Shown: in pieces, positions 1 through 12,000 of the stretch | Layout of the letters: each line of letters starts with the position of its first letter | How positions within the stretch are numbered: position 1 is the first letter of the stretch | Source: Tubiluchus corallicola | Taxonomy: Eukaryota > Animalia > Priapulida | Length of the DNA: 64,000 nt | NCBI GenBank assembly: GCA_030141605.1 | Contig: JAQGDQ010000031.1 | Location: forward strand, 372,001 to 436,000 | Reading direction: 5' to 3' | The notes under the pieces: generated by a model | Seen by the model: the letters and a program-made list of their open reading frames with translations, nothing else | What the model was told of the DNA's origin: nothing | Database searches by the model: none | Position numbers and translations under genes: made by a program

Positions 1-49
1 CAATAAACATCACAGATGAACAGACAGTCACCCAGACGAAGGGACTTAC

Positions 50-3000
50 CAATATAGCAAGGAAAGCTATGAGCTATGATCTGTAATAATTCAAATTCAA
101 GCTTAAACGATTAACATTCACCCGTTTACGACTTTCGAAAATTCCCGAAAATAACTAATAAGTTTCTCTGAAGTGAAAACGAAACAAGCAAGAAAGGACA
201 TAAAAGCGTACCATGCGTTTGATAATAACCAGCTTCAAAAGCTTACCATGCATTTGATAATAACCAGCTTCAAAAGCTTACCACGCGTTTGATAATAACC
301 AGCTTCAAAAGCTTACCATGCGTTTGATCATAACCAGCTTCGGTCCCAGGTAACTGCTGACCATGTACAGCCGGAATGTTTTCAAGCAGTAGGTAACTAG
401 AGCCAAGCAGTAAAACATACGAGCAAACTCAAATGTTCTATTAAAAGAACGAATGCTAAGTGCTACCACCACAAGCAAGAGAGCAACAAAATCCATCCGA
501 TTCCAAAGCGTGTACTCAAGGTAGAGATAAAGTCGCTTCTGTGGTCGACCGGGTTGAGTTATTACCTGAAAGTTTAATCAAAGTTTTCAGACTACTGTTA
601 AACTTAGCATTTTAGCACCCAAAATAAACAATCTAACAGGATAGCATCAATTGATAAGGTCTACACTATAGGAATTTACTAACCTAACAGTGTGACTTTC
701 TGCAAAATGCATTTAGAAAATTTCTTACAAAGGTTTCTTTAATCAAAATGGCTCTAATAACTTCCAAGAGGGATTTTAAAACTAAAGTATGGGATCAATA
801 TATACCATAAATATAATGGATCATTAGGGATGTTAACGACAGTGTCGATAGTTATCGATTATAGTATTGATACTAAAAATTTGTTTTTGTTGTTACTGTA
901 TCGAAATTATTCTAGGTATATTGTATCGAATTTGGCACGTATCGTTGCTTATCGCTTACATTTACAAAAATGTTTCATTTTTCTTTTCCATTTATTTACA
1001 GTAATTACGAAAAAATGAATGAAAAGAATCATTTAAAATTATAACCTCATCAGACACGAATAGTTTTCTTGTACATTTGCCTGGCAATAACGGCTATCTT
1101 CATTCTGAATCAAACTGACAAAGTATAGAGACTCCTTTATACAGTTTGATACTGAGTCACGAATGTCAAATACACTGTACCATATTCTTAGTACCATAGA
1201 TAAATATTTTTATCATAGTAATATGTTTTCTGTCGCAGCTTACTTATTTATGAATCATTATGACAAACAAACTTGTGTTTCATAACTAGCAGCCATCTAA
1301 GTATATAACACTGAGTGCACTGAAGCACCTTATAATTTTAATTACTTATGACGCTTTTTCTGTTGTTGCGCAAATTGTCCAACTTCAGTATCGTTTTTAT
1401 CATTTGAAATAATTCATCTTATCATCTAAAAAATAGTTTATCGTTATCTTATCGTTCGAAAAAGTGTCGTATCATATTATTATCGTATCATCAAATTTGT
1501 ATCGTTTAACATCCATAGCATAAGTAATGTGCACAGCTTCGACTTACTTCACGTATCAGTTCACAGAAGAATGTTCCAATCCACGCCAGTAAAACAAATT
1601 CCCATACGGTAACATATGGCTCAAACTTGAACAGCATTACAAATGAGAACAAGAACAAAAAAAGTACGTACATGAACTGCAAATAAAAAGTTATATCTTT
1701 TATTTTAATTGAACATACACCAAGTACTACTAGTCTACTACACTATAATTAGCAGTGAAACTGAACAGTAAATTATATAGCTTATAAAAAAACTGTGATT
1801 TGAAGATTTACATAATTAACGAAGAGTGCAAAAAAGAAACAATATTTATTTACAATTACCTGAAAAAACATTGTTCAAAATAAAGAATTAAGAAAGCAAA
1901 CAACTGCTCGGACTTTCTACATTGCAAGCAGTTAAGGATTTCCAATGAAAAAATTGGCCCAAGCCTAGGGATCTAAATGTGTAAACCAATAGACTAACCA
2001 AACAGTCTTGATCAAATAAATGAAGAAATGAACGAGCGAACAAACAAACAAATTATTAACTGTCATATAAATACATAAACAAACAAACTAACAAACAAAC
2101 AAACAAGCAAATAAACAGACACTGCATTCACAGTTTACATACAGCAGTAGTAGCAAAAGTAGTTATGGGTGCCGTGTAGAACCGAATCAGTTTCTGCTTA
2201 GATGACAAACGTTTGCCTCGCTTCCTCTCATGAATCTCATCAAAATGCAGCATTAAGATAAGTGGCGGAAACAGTGCAGCTGGGAGAATCTGAAACAGAA
2301 CATAACTTCAGCAAATTTGAAACAGAACATAACTTACCAAACAAAGAAGAATCTGAAACAGAACATTACTTTACCACACAGAGACGAATCTGAAAGAGAA
2401 CATGACTTTGCCAAACAAAGAAGAATCTGAAACAGAACATTACTTTACCACACAGAGACGAATCTGAAAGAGAACATGACTTTGCCAAACAAAGAAGAAT
2501 CTGAAACAGAACATTACTTTACCACACAGAGACGAATCTGAAAGAGAACATGACTTTGCCAAACAAAGAAGAATCTGAAACAGAGCATGACTTTACCAAA
2601 CAATACACAACTGAAGCAGGGTATGACTTTTCCAAACAACACAGAACTGAAACAAAACACGACTTTACCAAACAATACATAACTGAAACAAATCAGAACT
2701 TTGCCAAGCAATACAGAAGTGAAACAAAACACGACTTTACCAAATAATACATAACTGAAACAAATCAGAACTTCGCCAAGTAATACAGAACTGAAACAAA
2801 GCATGACTTTACCAAACAATACAAAACTGAAACGGCGTATGACTTTCCAAACAATACAGAATTAAAACAATTCAGAACTTCACCAAGCAATACATAACTG
2901 AAACAAAAAAAGACTAACTGTGGTCATTAAAACACAGTAACTAATCAGCCACTCACCCTGCAGCTATTGAGATTATTTTTATAAATTCATTTAGTTCTGT

Positions 3001-6000
3001 GATATTTTGCTACCAGCTATACTAAATGACAAATAAAATCGGCTATACAAACAATTTAATGTATACCCTTTTGTTTTTGAGACTGAAGTAGCATTTCATA
3101 TAAAATATCATGTTTTGAACAAGATAGTTTCTGATGCACCTAAGTAAAAAGAAAATAAATCAGTTACCTTATAAGATGAACACATAAGTCCCTTTTTCCA
3201 AGTTTGATAGATGGATCTCTGACAGGCAGGCGTTGACATGAAGAGGCGATCCACACCAATGTACGCCATTTCTAAACAATTCTTATCACCCCAGGTTTCA
3301 GGTTTATATTTAACTAGTTTTACTGCACCCTCTTGGTCAGCCATGTTGCACTGTTCTAGGACCTATGATTGATGATGAATTTAAATAACTCCCGTACAAC
3401 TTCTTGATATTTAATTATCAAAAAATACTGCAAAAACTGCGACAAAGCTAAAAAACAAAAAATATTTATAGGAGAAAAATACTGAAAATGTAAAAACCTA
3501 TTGTACGCACACGGACTAGCAATATACATACAAGTATATATAAATAAGCAAATATATAAATATACTAAAACAAATAACTTGTTCACCTTTACAGCCAAGT
3601 TCTCAAACTCTGTTTTATTTCTCCTGTATGACTCGAGAAGGTCAGATTTATGAGGTGGACAGCGTTTGCTCATGTTCCAGTAAATAATTGTAGCAGCAAG
3701 TGCCGTTGCTATTGTCCACTCGCATCGCTCCCAGATGAATTTTGCCAAGTTTTGTCTGTAAATGAAAACGCATTTAGAAACTTGACATGACCAGCCAACA
3801 TAAAGCATACTGCCAATGTAAGCCTAGTGGATTAGGGAGCGCAGGTAAATTATTGGTCAGTAAAGGTGAGCATTCTGAGTTATCAGAAATGGAATTCGAA
3901 TAAAATTTTTGACCTTCAAACTCGAATCAAACTGAATTTCAAGATTTCGAATCCAAGTCAAACTCGAATTTTAAAGATTTTCAAATACATTTTCAAATTA
4001 TAACAAAAAATCATTCTCGCAAATTATTTTATTTTGTTCTGCAGTAAAAACACAAATAATTTGTTCAACTATTCTGTACAATAAATTCTAAAAAGTGTAA
4101 AAATCAAGCTAAATTGTGCTGATTGCATATTGTTTCAAACATTTTAGTGATAAAGACAGTAGGTAGTCGAAATAAAAAATTATACGAATACATAATTTTA
4201 GATTCGAATCGAATTCAAATTAAAAATTAATGCTACTGCATTCATTGTTACACATGGCCACGTGTTGGCACTATCATAATAACTATAATTCTCACATCAT
4301 CCTCTGTTTTTCTCATTTTAGCGAAACAGTTTTCATTTATTGCCTTCTTCTAAACATACCCTTGCATATAGATCCCCTCCTTATTTCTACTGTACATTCA
4401 GTTGTTCTTACGAGCCATTTTAAGCACCTTGAACTGCCGTAGTAGCATTGTCATAAATGAGATCATAAATCAGTTGAAATCATTATACTTACTAGAGTTA
4501 AATTTCTCTGTTAAACAGCTAAAACTATAATTATATAATGATGTATGTGTATGCAAAATTTTTGAAGAAAATTGTTCGAGGTCAGTCAGCAGAACAACGT
4601 AACATGTCTAATATGGTCAAAAACTTCGTCACAGTTAAACCTTGCTTGACAACCACATGCCAGTTCTATGGGTTACCATCAAATGAAGCAAAAATGATTC
4701 TGAAAATGCAATAAAGTTTACATAACCTGTTCAGTAGGACGGCCCAAAAGAACAGTTGTCGAGCTGGATCTTGAAAGACTTTGTCACCAATTGGATTCAA
4801 GTACAGATCATTATCTGGGTGTTTACACTCAAACAGTAACCTGCAAAAAATAAACACAGCCTCAGATGAACAAAAAACTCTAATACTGAGTGTTAAAAGT
4901 TTTTACATTCATGCCTCAGAACACACTACCTACGTGTTCTAGTTTTTCTCTACATAAATAAGAAAGTATTAGTTCTACACTGAACCCGAGAGTGGAAAGT
5001 GCTGCAAAGAAAAATGACACCCGTCACTAAAAAATTAGCATCAATAGATTTGCGAATGTTACGGAACAAACACACAACGCGAAACAGGCATTGCCAAAGA
5101 TCTCCAGACAATTATAACAAATTTTTCCTGTTAGACTGCACTCTTGTCAATTTTGCAGGCTGAGGCAAGTTGATCAGCATTTATTTGCTGTTTGCCAAAG
5201 GCAATCATTTCAAATAGATGTTTATAAAAAAAATTACGGCATCGTCACAGTACAGTAATTTCAGTATGGCATGACTAAACACCAGCACGAAAGCCACTTC
5301 TGCCATGGGAGGCAAAACTATACATCAGTTAGGGCATCAGGCAGCAGCAGATGTACCCACCTAAATATGTTAAACTAGAAAAAATATTAATCACTGTGTG
5401 TGATGGCAACTTATGGGCATATAAAGCACAAAAACGTATGTTATGTTGTTACTTGTAATATTCATGTTTCTGTGGAAAAAAATCACATGATTGTAGGTTT
5501 TACAACAATCATGTATTGGATGGCTTGTCATATGAACATAAAAAATACAAGTCATTAAATTTCTTTGGTGAACTTTGGAAACTTGTATAACAAACTGTGG
5601 GTTTTTGCATTTCTCAGCTAAAGTTTATACACCAAACTCAGAGCATACATTGCTCTAAAAATAAGCAGCTAAACAAAAGTGATTGTTGAGCCTTTATGGC
5701 TAAAGTCTACAATTCCCGACACACAAGAAATGTGTTCGTGAAACGGATTAGCATTAGGGTTACGCTAAGGGGTTGGGTTAGAGTTAGAGTTAGGGTTACA
5801 TTATTTAAACTGCGGGGAATTGTAAACACCTTCCAAAATTACATGCTAATCGTAATCAAAAGTTAGGGTTAGGGCTAGAGTTAGGGTTAGGATAGGGTTA
5901 GGGCAAAGGGTTGGGTTAGGGTAAGGGATTAGATTAGGATAGGGTTAGAGTAAGAGGTTGGGTTAGGGTAGGGTTAGGGTTAAGGTAAGGAGTTGGGTTT

Positions 6001-9000
6001 GGGTGGGGGGTTACAGTTAGGGTTAGGGTTAGAGTTTGTGTTAGAGTTAGATCAGGGTTAGAGTTAACGTTAGATTATTTGTGTGGGGAATTGTAAACTC
6101 CTTCCAAAATTACTTGCTAATCTTAATCAAAAGTAATACAATACTGGAACTGTACTTTTTATTTCAGTCATTTTTTAACCTTACTTATTCAGAAGTTCCA
6201 ATATATCAGCCAGTAAAGACAGCGATCCATCAGTTTCATCCATAAACACTTTTTGGCTAGAATACTGCAAGAGTAACTGCTGTATGTGACTATTATTGTC
6301 CATAACACAATATAGCTCGCACAGTCGACTCACAGTGAGGTATTCACGGACGACAACTCCATTTTCTAACATAAGCCTGACAAAATCTACCTTGTCTTCT
6401 TTCAAAGCCAATGTCATGATATCATCCAGGCTACCTAATGAAGAAGAGCAACAATAAAAAACCTTCAGACTTGTCAAAGCAACACACGTCATTTACAACA
6501 GCAGTCATTGGAAGGAATTTGACATGGATTCTGGTGTCGGCCACTTTTCCTCTACCATCAAACCTACTCAGGTGAGCCCACATGCACAGCATGACATAAA
6601 TAATAATAAAATGAAACATGAAAACACCTTTTCCAAACCAAACCCAAGACAATATAGCATAAAAGATGCATTTTTGAACGTATTTTGCTTCCAGGTAACA
6701 TGAAGATTTTAAAAATTATTTTCAAACGAACTGAAAAAACATCAACATGATCAGAAGTGTTCAAAACTCAACACTGTTTTGTTAAGTGTTAATTTTAGTA
6801 CATTAACAGAAATATTACTTTTCTAAGTGTCTTAACCACACTTTGAATAAAAAAAGCTTGACTAGCTAAAGCAGATATTCTGCATAGATATTTCTTTTTG
6901 CTCTGCTTCTCTCCGGAAGTAATTAATTACTGCAGAGATTCAGAAGTTTTGGTAATGCATTTATCTCAGTAAACCTGAGAAACAACATTGTATTCAGTCT
7001 CACGCCATAACAATTTTAAGAAGCATAAATATAGCTGTCCATCATACTATAAAGAGTTTTCCTATAGAAAGTTTCCCTTCAGCGTCCACAATAATGTACA
7101 AACTGCTAACAAGTTTATTTACACTTTGACTACTGTGACCTTCAGATGACCTTTGATCTCAGTACAACTTACACATTTCAAGTTTAACTCACATTGTCAC
7201 AAGCTCCAATTACATATTCTCGAGGCAAAGTTAACATATCATTGATTGAAACTGCAAATTTCAGTTTTTAGACCTTGTGTAAGACATTTTTGTGTACACA
7301 TCTACTGGTGTGATATTATGAGATATCTTAAAGTAGTGAAGTAAAAATTGATTTATACTAAGAACCTTTCCCTAGTATAATGAATGTAAGTACAAAAGGT
7401 ACTTCTGTGCACAAATTGTTTTGTACAAATGACAGTTTTAAAACATATTCTGCAAAACAAGGGGAATGGCTGGTTAAATGAACAAACAGACTGGCAAACA
7501 AATGAGCGAATATCGAACAAATGTTCTTTGTTTCAAGACATAGCATTCTCTCACCAGGCTCCCACGTTGCGTCATCAGTGAATATTTCATCAGCAGCTAC
7601 GTCAGATCTGTTCCACGTCAGGGCTAATCTTAGCTGATCTAAACGACTTGCTGATTTGCCTGTAAAAAGGAGAGTACAAATGTAGCATACAAATATGATT
7701 GTTAGCACCCACTTAATCAGTGGCAAGGCTTTTATTCAGGCACAGCATCTGTAACGTTTCGAAATGTGGCAGATGTCGTGTCTGAATAAAAACCATGTCT
7801 TTACTTAAATAGGTGCTAGCGATCCTTTTTATATTAAGAATTTGTTTTCCCTCATTACCAATGTAACATATGTATGTAGCATAACCAACAAAAACATCAG
7901 TACTGCAGGTAATGAATGTTATAATTTCATTTTCTTGATAGAAAATGTTAGTCTTATACTCTATATTAGTAAACTATCTATACAGAGGAGATATTGTTGC
8001 TACATTCAGTTTTTCATCCAAAACTCATCTTTCCCTTATTTTTATATTCATTCATTTCCTCATTGTACACTCAATTCAGGTCTTTTTACATGCAGAAAAT
8101 CTCTAACCTGTAGTCTTGTATAATCATAAAAAGCCAGCAAGTACTAAAGGCTAACTTGCTTATCACTGTAATGTTGACATGCAGTGTTCGTTCAACGACT
8201 GCAACGTCAAAGTCTAGACAGTTTGTGCAAGACGGCAACTGTAAACTTCAGCAAGCACGTTTGCCCATCGGGGGAATTAATACAATAATACAAACGGGCT
8301 TTATAATGTGCAGTAAGGAACAGAGTAGTATACCCATTATAGATGTGAAATTTTTTGAGGATGATGAAAGGGAAGAAATTGTTCAACAAGTTGAAGAAGC
8401 TTTTACCACAGTGGGATTTGCATACTTAATTAATCATGGAATCAGTCAAACAGAGGTAACACTACTTTAACAAGACATATTGTAGTAATTTAGTACTTTT
8501 TAATTAGATTGATATTGCTTCAGAATTTTTGTATAAGTGCAGACTAGAATATGCCTTTCAAGGGCAGACATGCTTAATGCGAATAATTGTGGCAAGACTG
8601 GAATCTACTCATTATCAAGGCTGACCCTTTAAGAATGTTTTAACCGGGTTCGGATGTGAGTGCATTCTTCCAACGGATTGATTACATGATGTTGAGAAAT
8701 ATGCTGGTTAAAACATCATTGCAAGATGTGTAGCATATTCTAGACCTATACATGTGTTAACATTCTCCCTATTATTAGTTGAGCAAACTAATCCAAGGGT
8801 GTTTCAGCCTTTTTGTAGAGTTTTAGCACAAGTTTCTAAAGAAATACAAGCAACTTCTTAGCCTCACCAAAACAGAAACTGGAGTGAAACCAGTAAGTTT
8901 AAAAACACACTGCCCACTTCTCATGTGTATAAATGATCTGTGAACAATACTAGATAGGAGGTAAAGCATTGTAATCACCATAATGTACAAATAATTGTTA

Positions 9001-12000
9001 ATTCTAGATAGCGAAGGTCATGAGTGTCTCGATGAAATTTTTCGATCTGCCATTAGAGGTGAAGTCAAAATACACTGGAAAAGAACGAGGGGCTGGATAC
9101 ATGGCACTGGGAAAACAAAGGTAATTAAAGAGCGACAACAACAAAGATGAAGACATACTAGATATGATGACATTTAGTACCACATTAAAGTGGGAAGATG
9201 GAGATTAGTAGACAAAAAATACATATTTGATAGAGTGCAGAAGAGCCAAATGGAAGACCACGAATTCCTGCAAATAGTTTTTGAGATGAAACAAATTGCA
9301 AAATTGGAGAAGCAAAACAGAAGTAGCACTTATTCTTCTATAGTAGAAGAAATAAGAAGTAGAAACAAACAAACATTCAGAATAGTAAGAAAATAACCTC
9401 TTCCAAAAGTCATCTTGATTTCTCATCGCATACAGCTGTATGGGTCTCTGTTTTAAACGAGAATGTGTTTATGTTCAGAAAGCTATACAAATCTATGTGT
9501 ATATATTTTACATGTGTGTGTGTGCACGCGTGCATGGGTGCATGTGCATGTGCACACTTGCATATAACAAACCATTTAGCTCAATTTCTCCAATATGTCT
9601 TTTAATTGTACAGAATTCAAAGTGAAGTAGCAGACCTTATAGAAGCATTTGATACTCAACCTGATAATGATATGGTGAGATATATTTTCTTTAACAAAAG
9701 TCAAGACACTGATATGCTTTGTGATAATGCTTAGTGAGGATGATGATGATGATGATGATAATGGTGATGATGATGATGATGTGATGATGATGATGATGAT
9801 GATGACTACGATGATGGTAATGCAGACTAGGATAAAAATGGCCGGGATGAATGATCACTCACTATAAGATCTAGTTACTTTTTGAAAATGCAATAAAAAA
9901 TTGAAAGTACATTACTAATTCAAACTCAGAACTTTACAAATGCAACATGATCCCATCATTCAAACTCAGAACTTCACAAATGCAACATGGTCCCATCATT
10001 CAAACTCAGAACTTTACAAATGCAACATGATCCCATCATTCAAACTCAGAACTTCACAAATGCAACATGGTCCCATCATTCAAACTCAGAACTTTACAAA
10101 TGCAACATGATCCCATCATTCAAACTCAGAACTTCACAAATGCAACATGGTCCAATCATTCAGACTCTGAACTTCACAAATGCAACATGATTCCATCATT
10201 CAAACTCAGAACTTCACAAATGCAACATGGTCCCATCATTTAAACTCAGAACTTCACAAATGCAACATGGTCCCATCATTCAAACTCAGAACTTCACAAA
10301 TGCAACATGGTCCCATCATTCAAACTCAGAACTTCACAAATGCAACATGATCCCATCATTCAAACTCAGAACTTCACAAATGCAACATGATCCCATCATT
10401 CAAACTCAGAACTTCACAAATGCAACATGATCCATCATATCAAAAGATGAACTAATCATAGCTTCCGGGCATTAAGTGGGCCTGATTAATAATAGCAAAT
10501 GTCAGGATTGTTATTGAGCTACTGCACAAAAGTCCACTAAACTTGAGGGAATAGATGAGCACAATAAAAGAAACGTTTCATAGCATGCAAAGTATTGTAA
10601 CTATTGTTAAACACATTCTGTAATATGCTTGGACTGATTTTCTGACGCAGGACTACCCGGATACCGAGGTACCGGAGTTCAGACAGACAATGATGGATTT
10701 CATTACAAAATGCAGGAAACTGAGTATTCATGTTATGCGAGCAATTGCACTCAGCTTAAAACTCAAGGTACATTTAAACAGGCATTTTTTAAAATCTACA
10801 TTTTGTGTCTATAATATAATCAGTCATAGTTTACGTCTACAAAGAATTTAGCTTCTTTCCAATTTTTTGCTACCCTTTTATGCCCTGAGGGCCACTCAGT
10901 TTAAATGACAGTTAGATTTAGTGTGAATCTAAATCTGCACACGTTACAAATCACAAAGATTTTAACTTTGTTCCAATTTTTTACCATTTAACCCCTAAAG
11001 GTCAATCTGCATAAATTTAGTGTTAACAGATTGCTTCTGGAACAGACCTATTCAGATACGATGTTGGTATCTGTCCATCCCGTTAGTAGTTTCAACATTA
11101 CAACTGACTGCTTAATGTATTCATGGTAATTCTCGTTATTAAATAAATTAGTTACTTTATCACGTGGCATTTTTCCGTTAGCTTGCCAAGTCTATATAAT
11201 AAGTAAATAAGATGAATTAAGAGTTTTCATAGTTCTTTTGCAAGTATTGATAACAAGTTTAATAATAATTATATGTGTTACGAGTGTGGATGCTTCTAGA
11301 CTGTGCTTGTGTTATGTTATGTAACATATGTGAAATAAATAGTTTAAAATTGATTGAATCGATTACAAAGGTACGGGGGTACAGGAAACTCTGAAGACTG
11401 TATGTACATTCTTTGCAAACACCACATATAAAGTAGAATGTCTTTATACAATAAGACACTTTGCAAACAGTGTGAATGTAGAGGACCAGAATTTTGGTAA
11501 TCATCAAGTACTATGGCTTTTACATGAAAATGGCATAGGTTGAATCCGGCCACTAAACGATTAACTAATAAGAGAAGCGTCATTCGTACATGGCCAGCTA
11601 ACTCTTGCGGTGCCTGTGAAAGTGCTGAGTTGTTGCACTATGTACCAGGGATGACCATCAGCCGAGCAGTAGACAATAACGCAGAATACTTTCGCATTAC
11701 TATTAAGTTTGCTCGTTTTTCCCTTCATATACCTTTGCTTTATGTTTTTTCCATTTTGTGCGACACTGTTGCCACATTTTTTTCAATACCAATTTCTCTA
11801 TGCCAGTCAGCCACTTCAGCAAACAGTTTTTGATTTCTTTGTGTTCTACTATCTAAAACATTAGCTACATCCAGATCTTGCAAAATGTCTAAAAAAATTT
11901 TATTTGTGTGTTTTTCCACTGCTGGCCTGTTTGAGCATAGGTGGTCATTTAACTTGATTTTGGCGGTTTGCATCATTTTAAGTAACGCAGAGCAAAATTT

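Noticed and set aside
2514-2819. Repetitive ORFs on both strands (101 aa and 65 aa)
   Set aside because: Translations of 36-bp minisatellite units inside a TRPM intron.
5754-6075. True telomere or chromosome-fusion scar
   Set aside because: Short, degenerate, single orientation, inside an intron of a continuous gene and bounded by element-like repeats.
9190-9396. 68-aa plus-strand ORF in oxygenase intron 2
   Set aside because: Not needed for the spliced frame, preceded by in-frame-looking decayed sequence with stops; probably a retroelement remnant, family not assignable.
9918-10440. Regular 40-bp array as a possible CRISPR, and its 67-aa ORFs
   Set aside because: Units are contiguous with no unique spacers, there are no cas genes and the context is eukaryotic; the ORFs are by-products of the repeat.
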